NCBI GenBank assembly: GCA_964461455.1
Contig: CAYWUJ010000008.1
Coordinates: 1,638-65,637, forward strand
Reading direction: 5' to 3'
Source of the DNA: an uncultured Prolixibacteraceae bacterium
GTDB lineage: Bacteria; Bacteroidota; Bacteroidia; Bacteroidales; Prolixibacteraceae
Length of the DNA: 64,000 nucleotides
The first letter of the stretch is position 1. Every line of letters begins with the position of its first letter. The notes beneath the pieces are model-generated. The model worked only from the letters and a program-made list of their open reading frames with translations, did no database searches and had not been told where the DNA came from. The translations under genes and the position numbers were made by a program. Of the stretch, positions 18,862 through 28,435 are shown piece after piece.

Positions 18862-21048
18862 ATGTCGAAGAAAGATAAGCAGAAGAAAAGCAGGAAGATG
18901 GTGGCTTTCAACAAAAAGAACCTCAAATCGGCCATCCTGTCGTTGATGTACGACGATCCTGTGAAGCCGCTCAATTACCGTCAGATAGGATCTGTATTGG
19001 GCATCAAGGATGAGGAAGCGCGGAAGCTGGTGGTCGTTGTTTTGGGAGAATTGCATGAAAGCGGATACCTGGAGCAGCTGGCCCGTGGAAAATACCGGTT
19101 GCGGACACGCGGGGGCACCATCACCGGGCAGGTCGACATGCAACCCACCGGATATGCTTATGTACACAGTGACGAGGCCGAAACGCCGGTGTATGTGTCG
19201 GCGCGTAACCTGATGCATGCCATGGCCGGCGATAAGGTGAGGGTTCATCTTTTTGCCCGCCGGAAAGGACATGACCAGGAAGGGGAAGTGGTGGAGATTC
19301 TGGAACGTTCACGAAAGACTTGGGTGGGCACCCTGGAGATCTCCCGCAATTATGCTTTCCTGATCCCCACCGGGAAAGCCAGTTTCGATATTTTCATTCC
19401 TGCCGAGAACCTCGGCGGGGCGAAGAACGGGCAGAAGGCGGTGGCCGAGATTACCGAATGGCCTGCCAATGCCAAGAATCCCGTGGGTATCATCACCGAG
19501 GTGCTGGGCGATGCCGGGGTTCACGAAACCGAAATGCACGCCATCCTCGCCGAATATGAGCTTCCCCGGCGTTTCCCCGAAAAAGTGGAGAAAGCCGCGG
19601 AGAAGATCCCTGAGGAGATACCCGAGGCAGAATATGGCCGCAGGCGCGACTTCCGCGAAGTGACCACCTTTACCATCGACCCTGCCGACGCCAAGGATTT
19701 TGACGACGCCCTCTCGCTGCGTCCTCTGGACAACGGGAATTACGAAGTGGGCATCCATATCGCCGATGTCACCCATTATGTGAAGCCCGGCACCCTGCTT
19801 GAAGAGGAGGCCTATGAAAGAGGAACTTCCGTCTACCTGGTCGACAGGGTGGTTCCCATGCTCCCTGAGAAACTCTCGAATGGGGTATGCTCCCTCAGGC
19901 CCCGGGAAGACAAACTCTGCTTCTCGGCAGTTTTTGAGATCACCCCGGAAGCCACGGTGCTCCACGAATGGTTTGGGAAAACGGTCATCAATTCGGACCG
20001 CAGGTTCAGCTATGAGGAGGCCCAGGAAATCATAGAAACCGGAAAGGGTGACCTGGCCGGGGAGATCTTGATGTTCAACACTTTGGCTGAGAAATTGCGG
20101 GAACAAAGGTTCCGCGGAGGAGCCATTGCCTTCGACCGCGTCGAGGTCAAATTCAATATCGACGAAAACGGGAAGCCCCTTTCGGTCTATTTCAAGGAGT
20201 CGAAGGAAGCCAATAAGCTGGTTGAGGAGTTTATGTTGCTGGCCAACAGAAAAGTGGCCGAACTGTTTGGTAAGGGGGGCGACAAAAAAAGTCCCCGGGT
20301 TTTCGTTTATCGTATCCATGACCGCCCCGATGCCGAAAAACTGGAGAATTTCAATAATTTCATTCATAAGTTCGGGTATGGTATTCAGACGGTGACGCCA
20401 CGTGGGGTGGCCGAGTCGATGAACCAGCTGCTCGGGAATGTCAGGGGCAAGAAAGAGCAGAACGTGGTGGAGATGCTGGCCATCAGGGCCATGGCCAAGG
20501 CTGAATATTCGGTACGCAACATCGGCCATTACGGGCTGGCTTTTGACTATTACACCCATTTCACTTCTCCCATCAGGAGGTACCCCGACATGATGGTCCA
20601 CCGTCTTCTCGAAAAATTACTGGAAGGAGGCCGCTCTTCCCATACCGGAGACTATGCCGAGATGTGCCGCCACTCCTCGGAAATGGAATCCCGGGCCGCC
20701 AATGCCGAAAGAGCCTCGGTGAAGTACAAACAGGTGGAGTTCATGCAGGACCACATCGGCGAAATCTTTGCCGGCGTCATTTCCGGGGTCACCGACTGGG
20801 GACTCTATGTGGAACTCGAAAACAAAATCGAGGGTATGATCCCCGTCAGTCAGCTCGATGATGATTTCTATATTTTTGATGAGAAAAACTACCTGATCAG
20901 AGGGCGCCATACCGGCAGAACATTCCAGCTGGGTGACCCTGTGAAGGTGAAGATTTGGCGCACCAACCTGGAGAAGAAACAACTCGACTTCCTGCTGGAC
21001 ACCGAAGGTGACAATGGTAACAACTCCCGCACAAAAAGTAAAAACTGA
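18862..21048 (+). CDS. rnr: Ribonuclease R
   Basis: TIDPADAKDFDDALS, HIADV, YTHFTSPIRRYPD motifs and a C-terminal S1 domain. Confidence 0.96.
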   Translation: MSKKDKQKKSRKMVAFNKKNLKSAILSLMYDDPVKPLNYRQIGSVLGIKDEEARKLVVVVLGELHESGYLEQLARGKYRLRTRGGTITGQVDMQPTGYAYVHSDEAETPVYVSARNLMHAMAGDKVRVHLFARRKGHDQEGEVVEILERSRKTWVGTLEISRNYAFLIPTGKASFDIFIPAENLGGAKNGQKAVAEITEWPANAKNPVGIITEVLGDAGVHETEMHAILAEYELPRRFPEKVEKAAEKIPEEIPEAEYGRRRDFREVTTFTIDPADAKDFDDALSLRPLDNGNYEVGIHIADVTHYVKPGTLLEEEAYERGTSVYLVDRVVPMLPEKLSNGVCSLRPREDKLCFSAVFEITPEATVLHEWFGKTVINSDRRFSYEEAQEIIETGKGDLAGEILMFNTLAEKLREQRFRGGAIAFDRVEVKFNIDENGKPLSVYFKESKEANKLVEEFMLLANRKVAELFGKGGDKKSPRVFVYRIHDRPDAEKLENFNNFIHKFGYGIQTVTPRGVAESMNQLLGNVRGKKEQNVVEMLAIRAMAKAEYSVRNIGHYGLAFDYYTHFTSPIRRYPDMMVHRLLEKLLEGGRSSHTGDYAEMCRHSSEMESRAANAERASVKYKQVEFMQDHIGEIFAGVISGVTDWGLYVELENKIEGMIPVSQLDDDFYIFDEKNYLIRGRHTGRTFQLGDPVKVKIWRTNLEKKQLDFLLDTEGDNGNNSRTKSKN

Positions 21049-21099
21049 GATTTTTGATCTATCTTTGTTTTAACATTATCAAACTTAAGGGAGAGGTTC

Positions 21100-21702
21100 A
21101 TGGACAACGGAACAGATAACGGTTCAAAAAAGGATGTGAACCGCGAGAGCATCCTGAAGATCGCCCAGGAGATTTTCAGTAAATACGGATACCGCAAGAC
21201 CACGCTCGACGACATTGCCAATGCCGTGCGAAAGGGTAAGAGTTCGCTCTATTATTACTTCAAGAGCAAGGAAGACCTGTTTCAGGCCGTGATCATGAAA
21301 GAGGTGGAATTGCTGCGCAAGGAACTCGACAAGGTGGTCAACCGCAATACCGATCCCGTCGACAAGCTGAGGGATTACCTGCTGACCAAGATCAACACTT
21401 TCAGGAATCTGGCCAATTTCTACAATGCCCTGGAAAACGACGTGACGGCTATCGGTTTCATTGAAGAGGTGAAAAACCGGTATGAGCAGGATGAGATCAG
21501 GATGATCAAGAGGATCCTGATTGAAGGGGTCCGCAAGAACGAGTTCGAGATTTACGACTTTAACCTGGCGGCCATCGGGATCACCATGGCCATTAAAGGA
21601 CTCGAGATGCCCCTTTCTGCCGGAACCTACGGCACGATGAACCTGGAAAGGAGCGTAGATGTCATCCTCAGGATCATCTGTTATGGCATCATGAAGCGGT
21701 AA
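21100..21702 (+). CDS. TetR/AcrR family transcriptional regulator
   Basis: N-terminal HTH: F.KYGY.KTTLDDIA...KSSLYYYFKSKEDLF. Confidence 0.93.
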   Translation: MDNGTDNGSKKDVNRESILKIAQEIFSKYGYRKTTLDDIANAVRKGKSSLYYYFKSKEDLFQAVIMKEVELLRKELDKVVNRNTDPVDKLRDYLLTKINTFRNLANFYNALENDVTAIGFIEEVKNRYEQDEIRMIKRILIEGVRKNEFEIYDFNLAAIGITMAIKGLEMPLSAGTYGTMNLERSVDVILRIICYGIMKR

Positions 21703-21716
21703 CGGGCCGATGCCTT

Positions 21717-22196
21717 TTAGTCCAGGGACTTTCTGAAGATCAGTTTAGGATCGCCGGGGCCGTAATATTCGGGGAGCGAGGCTTCCAGGGTATATCCCCG
21801 GCGGTGGTAAAACTCTACGGTGGGCTGGTAGAGGGGTCTTCCTGAGGTCTCAATCCAGAGGATCCTCCCCCCTTTTTCCCTGACCGTTTCTTCGGTGCGG
21901 GTGAGCAGCAGGGTGCCCAGGCCGCTGTTTTTGCGCTGCTCTGTAATGGCGAGCCAGTAAAGATCCCAGGAGTGCAGGGTAACCGGGTTCGCCCCGAAGT
22001 TGGCAAATCCCGCCAGCTGTCCCTCCTCTTCCACGATCAGCCAGTGATAGCCCGAATCCTCCTCTCCTTTCCCGAGGGTCTCTTCGAAGATCTCCATGAC
22101 CACTTCTGTTTCAAAGGGGTAAAAAAATCCCGACTCATCAAGTAAACGTCTGATGGCCTCTTTATCCTTTTTTTTGATGGTTGCTCTTAATTCCAT
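21717..22196 (-). CDS. GNAT family N-acetyltransferase
   Basis: WDLYWLAI, acetyl-CoA motif RKNSGLGTLLL, IETSG and FY.RRGY. Confidence 0.9.
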   Translation of the reverse strand: MELRATIKKKDKEAIRRLLDESGFFYPFETEVVMEIFEETLGKGEEDSGYHWLIVEEEGQLAGFANFGANPVTLHSWDLYWLAITEQRKNSGLGTLLLTRTEETVREKGGRILWIETSGRPLYQPTVEFYHRRGYTLEASLPEYYGPGDPKLIFRKSLD

Positions 22197-22199
22197 GGC

Positions 22200-23195
22200 T
22201 TAAGGGTTGTTCATGTGGTCCACTATTCTTTGGATGACGCCTGAGAAGGAATATCCTGCCTGTTGGGTGGCTGCCGTGAATCCGCTTCCGGGGGAAATGC
22301 AGGGGTTGGCATTGGCTTCAATGACGACCACCGTTCCCTGGTGGTCGACGCGCATGTCGACCCGTGCGTACCCCCTGAGGCCCAGGGTTTCCCATGAGGC
22401 CAGGGCGGCTTCCCTGATGGCCGTGGCAAGCCGGGGATCTCCCGACAGGTCGGGGAAATCACGAAGCGTGTTTTCATATTCAAAACTCCCGGGGGTCCAC
22501 TTGGCATGGTAATCGACGATCCGGGGTCTCTCCTTTTCAAAATCACGGAAGATAATTTCAGCAATGGGAAGGATTTCGGGGTTTCCCTCCCTGTCGAGGA
22601 GGCTGATGTTGAATTCACGGCCGTCAATGAATTCCTCGATCTGCCAGGCGTGGTCAGGAAGAACTCCCGTTTTTCCGGAAAGGGCCTTAAAAATCGCAGG
22701 GAGCTGTCCATCGAAGGTGAATACCGAGGCGGCGGTAATTCCCGCGGAGCCCTCCTCCCACACGGGTTTGAGGATGTACTTCCGGCCGGGAACCATATCC
22801 TTCCACGCTGACGGTCTCAGCGTTCCGGGTACATTAACCCCCCGTTGACGCAGCAACCTGTTGGTGAGCCGCTTACTGGTGGTCAGGAACAGGGCCTCCA
22901 GAGGATTCCCGGTATAGGCGATGCCATGCATATTGAGCAGCGCCGGAATGAAATAGTTGAGTTCCCCTTTGTTTACGATGGCCTCGGTGAGATTGAAGAC
23001 ATGAGAAATCCCTTGTTGTTTCAGGCGGGCTGTCTCTTCCATGAAATCAGCGCCAATAGTGGCTTTGCTGACTGAGACCCCCAGCTCCCCGAGGGCTTTC
23101 TCCACGGCTTCCACCTGGTCGAGGACGTCCCAGTCGTCGGCTCCCGAACCGGGAACCGGCGCATTATAGAGGATGGTGATTGCGTTGATGGTCAT
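22200..23195 (-). CDS. Ddl-like ATP-grasp ligase (non-canonical)
   Basis: ILKP..E.GSAGI, EEFIDGREF, DY.AKW, YARVDMR and IEANANP motifs; lacks the N-terminal GGxSxEHxVS motif of true Ddl. Confidence 0.85.
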   Translation of the reverse strand: MTINAITILYNAPVPGSGADDWDVLDQVEAVEKALGELGVSVSKATIGADFMEETARLKQQGISHVFNLTEAIVNKGELNYFIPALLNMHGIAYTGNPLEALFLTTSKRLTNRLLRQRGVNVPGTLRPSAWKDMVPGRKYILKPVWEEGSAGITAASVFTFDGQLPAIFKALSGKTGVLPDHAWQIEEFIDGREFNISLLDREGNPEILPIAEIIFRDFEKERPRIVDYHAKWTPGSFEYENTLRDFPDLSGDPRLATAIREAALASWETLGLRGYARVDMRVDHQGTVVVIEANANPCISPGSGFTAATQQAGYSFSGVIQRIVDHMNNP

Positions 23196-23218
23196 AATTG
23201 GCTGATGATTTGAGGATT

Positions 23219-24196
23219 TTAGCCGGTGATTCCCAGTCGGGTGAGGGCTGCGGTCATGATCAACCCTATCAGTTGAGTATAGGAGATCCCTGCCATGCGG
23301 GCCAGGATGGGGAGGTCGGAGTGGATGGGGTGGAGGCCTGCCAGGGGATTGGCCTCTATGAAGCAGAGGCGTCCGTGCCTGTCATACCGGAGGTCTATGC
23401 GTCCTCCATCGGCACCTCCCAGGGCCTTCCAGGCGCCCAGGGCCACCCGGGTGCACTCCTTCAGTTCCTCTTCTCCGGCTTGCCGGTAACGCGCCAGCAT
23501 CTCGTAATTCTCTTTCACATCCATGGAGTAAATGGCTCCCCGGGTGGTGAAAATTTCCATGGCCCCGATGACCCGTGCCGTCGGCCCGCTGCCCACGATC
23601 CCTGCCGTGAACTCGCGCCCGGGCAGAAATTCCTCGACCAGGGCCGGCTGACGGTGATGTTCCAGAATCATCGCCACAGCCTCCTTCAACTGCCCCGGAG
23701 TCTCCACCAGCGATTTTTCGGAAATTCCTTTTCCCGTGCCTTCGGCCAGGGGTTTGACAAAGAGGGGGAAGGGAAGGGTGATCTTCTCCGTTTCTTCCTT
23801 TTCCCTGATGACTACCCCGGGAGCCACGGGAACTCCCTGTTCTGCGACCACCTGTTTGGCCAGGTACTTGTTCAGGGAAACCCCGAGCACCTCCCCGTTG
23901 CTGAAGACATAGGGGATTTTATATTGGTCAAGGAGCGCCGGCACTGCCGATTCGCGTGAAGGGCCATAGGCTCCTTCGGTAATGTTAAAGACCAGGTCCC
24001 ATCTTTCTCCTGCCGCCAGGGCGTTCACCAGCTGATAGATGTTTCCGGTTCTCAGGGGCAGAAAGCCCAGGTCCCTGAGGGCCTCTTCGAGGGCTTCCAC
24101 GGTCTCCTCCCTGTCGAATTCCGCGGCTTCTTCGGCGGTAAAACCTTTGTCGAGGTACCACGACTTCAGGTCGTAACACATTCCTACTGTTATCAT
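23219..24196 (-). CDS. Ddl-like ATP-grasp ligase (non-canonical)
   Basis: VFNITEG, FVKP.AEGTGKGI, EEFLPGREF, RIDLR and IEANPLAGL motifs; lacks the canonical Ddl N-terminal motif. Confidence 0.85.
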   Translation of the reverse strand: MITVGMCYDLKSWYLDKGFTAEEAAEFDREETVEALEEALRDLGFLPLRTGNIYQLVNALAAGERWDLVFNITEGAYGPSRESAVPALLDQYKIPYVFSNGEVLGVSLNKYLAKQVVAEQGVPVAPGVVIREKEETEKITLPFPLFVKPLAEGTGKGISEKSLVETPGQLKEAVAMILEHHRQPALVEEFLPGREFTAGIVGSGPTARVIGAMEIFTTRGAIYSMDVKENYEMLARYRQAGEEELKECTRVALGAWKALGGADGGRIDLRYDRHGRLCFIEANPLAGLHPIHSDLPILARMAGISYTQLIGLIMTAALTRLGITG

Positions 24197-24201
24197 AAGG
24201 C

Positions 24202-25449
24202 TCAGAAACCGGGATAATAGCAGGTTTTGCCGAGATAGTTGGTCATGGTGATGCCTTCCGGGGTGATTTCCCTGACGTAATCGGGGATGAGGGGGATTTT
24301 TCCTCCACCTCCGGGGGCGTCGATGACAAAATGGGGGATGGCATATCCCGAGGTGAAACCCCTGAGGCTGCGGATGATCTCCAGGCCTTTGGAAACCGGG
24401 GTTCTGAAGTGGTGGCTTCCGGGGACCAGGTCACATTGGTAGAGGTAGTAGGGGCGTACCCTTATTTTGAGGAGTTTGTGCATCAGGGAGCGCATCACCA
24501 GGGGGTCGTCGTTGATTCCGCGGAGCAGGACGGTCTGGCTTCCCAGGGGGATGCCGGCCCCGGCAAGCCGGGCACAGGCAGCGGCTGTTTCCGGGGTGAT
24601 CTCATCGGGATGGCTGAAGTGGATGCTCATCCACAGCGGGTGATACCGCTCCAGCATGGCCGTGAGTTCCGGGGTGATTCTCTGTGGCAGGACCACCGGC
24701 ACCTTGGTGCCGATGCGGATGATCTCGACATGGGGAATGGCCCTGAGCTGCGAAAGCAGAAATTCCAACTGCGCATTGGAGAGGGTCAGGGGATCTCCGC
24801 CACTGATCAGCACATCACGGATTTCAGGATGGCTGGCAATATATTCGATGGCCCGTTCCCACTGAAAGCGTGGGGCATGGGTCAGCCGGCCCACGCTGTG
24901 CGACCGTGTACAATAACGGCAGTAAGCCGAACAGGTCTGGGTGACCAGAAAAAGCACCCTGTCGGGGTAACGGTGAACCAGTCCGGGTACCGGCGATGAG
25001 GCTTCCTCATGCAGAGAGTCGGATTTCTCCCCGGGCCAGGTGACCAGCTCTTCGGGAGTGGGGACCATCATCCTGCGAATAGGGTGGTCAGGGCCTCCCC
25101 GGGTCATCAGGGAGAGGTACCAGGGGGTGATCCTCAGCGGTAGCCTCCCCTTCAGGCCGGCAATAGCCTCCCGCTCCCCGGCAGTGAGATCTATAAACCG
25201 GGATAACTGGTCACCACGGGTCACCACGTTACGCAACTGCCACTTCCAGTCGTTCCACGATTGGAGGTCGGTAAAAGGATAATAGGTACGAAGAAATAGA
25301 GAAATCCGGTCGTTGTCGGGGTCTAAAGCTGGGATACCTTCTTGATTCAAAGAACCGGCGTATTTACCGCCAGGCTCCTCCGGAGAGGAGCTACCCGTGA
25401 GGCTGCCATCTGTCGCGGTGGCAGCAGTCTCGTTTGCTTTAAATGTCAT
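24202..25449 (-). CDS. KamA-family radical SAM/PLP enzyme, lysine 2,3-aminomutase-like
   Basis: WNDWKWQ, HRYPDRVL, CSAYCRYCTR, SGGDPL, RPYYLYQCD and VIDAPGGGGKIP (PLP lysine). Confidence 0.92.
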   Translation of the reverse strand: MTFKANETAATATDGSLTGSSSPEEPGGKYAGSLNQEGIPALDPDNDRISLFLRTYYPFTDLQSWNDWKWQLRNVVTRGDQLSRFIDLTAGEREAIAGLKGRLPLRITPWYLSLMTRGGPDHPIRRMMVPTPEELVTWPGEKSDSLHEEASSPVPGLVHRYPDRVLFLVTQTCSAYCRYCTRSHSVGRLTHAPRFQWERAIEYIASHPEIRDVLISGGDPLTLSNAQLEFLLSQLRAIPHVEIIRIGTKVPVVLPQRITPELTAMLERYHPLWMSIHFSHPDEITPETAAACARLAGAGIPLGSQTVLLRGINDDPLVMRSLMHKLLKIRVRPYYLYQCDLVPGSHHFRTPVSKGLEIIRSLRGFTSGYAIPHFVIDAPGGGGKIPLIPDYVREITPEGITMTNYLGKTCYYPGF

Positions 25450-25513
25450 TTTTGCGTGTCAGCACCAAATTTTTTTCGTTGTAACCAGAGTTTTTGAAGA
25501 GATAAATTCTGCG

Positions 25514-25521
25514 CAAAAATA
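25514..25521 (-). promoter_or_regulatory. Bacteroidota sigma70 -7 element for the kamA operon
   Basis: TATTTTTG (TAnnTTTG) on the minus strand, about 65 nt upstream of the ATG. Confidence 0.6.
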
Positions 25522-25680
25522 TGCATTGTTTCATCCGTTGTCGGGGGAGAAACGTAAATTTCTAACAATAGTTTCGACAATGTGTCAGGGTTGTTATAAC
25601 GCGCAGGTATTCAGGTGTTTATGAGGATTGTCAACGGCGTGTCCGGGGCCCTTGGCGTAACATAAAATTAACGTCCGAAG

Positions 25681-26610
25681 CTAAAAGGCATCCATTTTAC
25701 GGTACGCGTCGATGACGGCCTGTTCCCCCTCTTTGCCGGGTTTGCTTTTCCCGTGTTCCATGCAGAGTACCCCCTGGTATCCTTTGGCGTGGATATGTCT
25801 GAAAATGTTCAGGAAGTTGATCTCTCCGGTGGTCGGTTCCTTGCGCCCGGGGTTGTCGCCGAGGTGGAAGGTGGCGATATGTTCCCAGGCCATGTCGATG
25901 TTGGGGATGAGGTTACCCTCGCTGATTTGCTGATGGTAGAGGTCGTTGACGATTTTGCAGGAGGGGTGGTTCACGGCCTTGCAGATCATATAGCTTTGCG
26001 GAATGGTGGTCAGGAACAATCCCGGGTGGTCGGTGTGGGCGTTCAGGGGTTCCATCACCAGCACCAGTTGTGCAGGACCGACGATGTCACAGCACATTCT
26101 CATGGTATCGATGACGTTGGCCGTTTGGTAATCCCAGGCCAGTTTTTCATCATAACGGCCGGGAACCACCAGCGCTGTTTTGGCGTTGGTCCGTTTTTGC
26201 ACTTCCAGGGCCCGGGACATCCGTTCTTTGAACATTTCCCTGACTGACGGGTCGTTGAGGACCATTGAACGGGTGCCGAAATCGGCATAGAGGACGAAAG
26301 GTCCCAGGTCCATGCCCCTGCGTGCCAGCTCCGAGGCGATCTTTTCCTGAAGGGCGGGCTCCTTGTTCATCAGGTCATTGTCGAAAATGGCCCTGAATCC
26401 CTGGTCGTGGATAAACCGGATCTGGTCAATGGGGTCATTTCCCGCATGCTCTCTGAACATCCCGAAACCAGGGGCATATTTCAGCCTGAATTGTGCCCCG
26501 TTGGAAGTTTTCGTCTCCCCTGCCCATCCGCTCCCCGGGAAGGTCACCCCTGTTGCTGCCACTGCCCCCAAAGCCGTGGTCCTGAGAAATCTCCTCCGCT
26601 CCATACTCAT
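25681..26610 (-). CDS. Tat-exported hydroxypyruvate isomerase/xylose-isomerase-like TIM-barrel protein
   Basis: Twin-arginine ERRRFL signal; MEPLN, DLYHQQISEGN, DNPGRKEPTTGEIN and MEHG motifs. Start moved to ATG 26610. Confidence 0.88.
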   Translation of the reverse strand: MSMERRRFLRTTALGAVAATGVTFPGSGWAGETKTSNGAQFRLKYAPGFGMFREHAGNDPIDQIRFIHDQGFRAIFDNDLMNKEPALQEKIASELARRGMDLGPFVLYADFGTRSMVLNDPSVREMFKERMSRALEVQKRTNAKTALVVPGRYDEKLAWDYQTANVIDTMRMCCDIVGPAQLVLVMEPLNAHTDHPGLFLTTIPQSYMICKAVNHPSCKIVNDLYHQQISEGNLIPNIDMAWEHIATFHLGDNPGRKEPTTGEINFLNIFRHIHAKGYQGVLCMEHGKSKPGKEGEQAVIDAYRKMDAF

Positions 26611-26937
26611 TGGTTTATTGTTTTTTTGAAGTTCCGAAAATACAAATTTTTTTCTCCGGAAGTTCACCCCGGTGAAGCTGTTTCTTCTGTGTAAAAGACC
26701 TGCCGGTGCCCGGAGTGGCCGTAATCCGGGAGGAATGATTATTTTTACCCTTTGAAAGCGGAATAAAATGAATTCCGGTGAGTGCATTCCCAAGGGCTTT
26801 ACCGCGAAGAGCTTCCATGCCCATCGCGAAAATGGCGCGATCACCTGAAATCATGACCGGCCCGGGAATCAGGGTTCCGCGGAGCTTAACGCATCTTTTT
26901 CACGCGATGGACCTTTATGAAGAAATAGCATAAATAT

Positions 26938-28425
26938 ATGAATGTCAGGAGTATAATTGCCGGTCTGCTGATGACCGTTTTTTCCCTGCCCGGAAATTCA
27001 CAACAGACTGCAGATCCGGTGATGGAGACTTTCCACACGGTATCGAGCCATGAATTGCTGGAGTATGCCGCGGAGCTGAGTTCTCCCCGTTACCGTGGCC
27101 GGCTGTCGGGGTCACCCGGATATATCGCGGCGGCGGAATATGTGGCCGGGTTGCTGGATTCCTGGGACCTGCGCCCTGTCATGGCCGATTCCTCCCTTTT
27201 TCAGTGGTTTCCGAATGCCTGGACCGAAGTCGTCACTCCCGGAAGCGTGGCGCTGAAGCCCCTGAGGGGAAAACCAGGGGCCCCGCGACGCAGGCTCTCT
27301 TTTCCCGCTGATTACTACCCCGGAGCTCACTCCTCTTCCGGCAGGGTTTCGGCAGAAGTGGTATACGCCGGCTTCGGAATCACCGCCCCTGAACTGGGGT
27401 ATGACGACTATGCAGGGCTCAGTGTGAAGGGAAAGATCCTTCTTCTGGAACCCGGGGTGCCTTACACCGCCAATGACTCCACGCTGGCACGGTGGGAGCC
27501 CTACAGCTATCACCGTTACAAATTCAGCCGCGCCAGGGAGCTGGGAGCCGTGGGATTGCTGTATACGGGACTGACAGCCAACCCGAATACCAGTTACCTC
27601 GAAGGTTTTGTCTATGCCCACATCAGTGAAGAGGTGGCCGGGGAGCTGACCGCCATTTCCGGAAAACCCTTTGATCAGCTGAAAAAGGAGATCACCGCCA
27701 GCATGCAGCCCGCTTCTTTTGCCACAGGCAGGGAGGTGGTCATATCGGCGCTGACCCGTCATTTCCCCGGTTCCCGTGCCTGCAACGTGGTGGCCATGAT
27801 TCCGGGAGGCGATCCTGTGCTGAAAAGGGAAGCCATCATCGTGGGGGCCCACCTCGATGCCGTAGGGCACCAGGGAACCCTGTTTCCCGGGGCCCTTGAC
27901 AACGCTTCGGGGGTGGCCGACCTTTTGGGGGCTGCCCGCGCCCTGGCGGCATCACCGGTGAAACCTGCCCGCACAGTCATTTTCGTCTTTTTCGGCGGCG
28001 AAGAGTGCGGCCTTTACGGCAGCCTGGCCAGCACCACGCAACCCTGGTGGCCCAGGGAACAGGTCCTCTTCATGCTGAACCTCGACATGGTCGGCAACGG
28101 AACGGGGTTTTTCCTCCAGGGTGCCGCTTCCTATCCCGCCGTGGCCCGCCATTTCGAAGAGGCCAACGGGAAATATCTCCACCGCAGCATGCGCACATCA
28201 GAGAACAGGCCCTCCTACGGACGACCTCGCTCCGATGGCGCCGTTTTCCTGAAGGCAGGATACCCCACCATGAACCTTTGGACCACCGGCACGGTGAAAC
28301 CGGTCTATTACCACCAGCCCCTCGACAATATCGACGGTCTCACCCCGGAAATCATGGAAGACGCCGCCAAACTGCTCTTTCTGGGAATCCTGGGAGTTGC
28401 CGGTGACCGTTCCCTGACCCCATGA
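26938..28425 (+). CDS. M28 family metallopeptidase with PA domain
   Basis: GAHLDAVG, GALDNASG, GEECGL, NLDMVG, RSD and YYHQP.D motifs; signal peptide. Confidence 0.9.
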   Translation: MNVRSIIAGLLMTVFSLPGNSQQTADPVMETFHTVSSHELLEYAAELSSPRYRGRLSGSPGYIAAAEYVAGLLDSWDLRPVMADSSLFQWFPNAWTEVVTPGSVALKPLRGKPGAPRRRLSFPADYYPGAHSSSGRVSAEVVYAGFGITAPELGYDDYAGLSVKGKILLLEPGVPYTANDSTLARWEPYSYHRYKFSRARELGAVGLLYTGLTANPNTSYLEGFVYAHISEEVAGELTAISGKPFDQLKKEITASMQPASFATGREVVISALTRHFPGSRACNVVAMIPGGDPVLKREAIIVGAHLDAVGHQGTLFPGALDNASGVADLLGAARALAASPVKPARTVIFVFFGGEECGLYGSLASTTQPWWPREQVLFMLNLDMVGNGTGFFLQGAASYPAVARHFEEANGKYLHRSMRTSENRPSYGRPRSDGAVFLKAGYPTMNLWTTGTVKPVYYHQPLDNIDGLTPEIMEDAAKLLFLGILGVAGDRSLTP

Positions 28426-28435
28426 AGAATCGCCG

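Noticed and set aside
21100-21702. TetR as regulator of the kamA operon
   Set aside because: It lies convergent at the operon's 3' end and follows rnr; I saw no operator palindrome at the kamA promoter.
22200-24196. Vancomycin-resistance or housekeeping ddl genes
   Set aside because: The canonical Ddl/Van N-terminal motif is absent, and there is no vanH, vanX, vanRS or mur context.
26821-26910. CCATCGCG...CGCGATGG inverted repeat in the M28 peptidase leader
   Set aside because: Only 8 bp of firm pairing, single copy, and no recognisable RNA motif.
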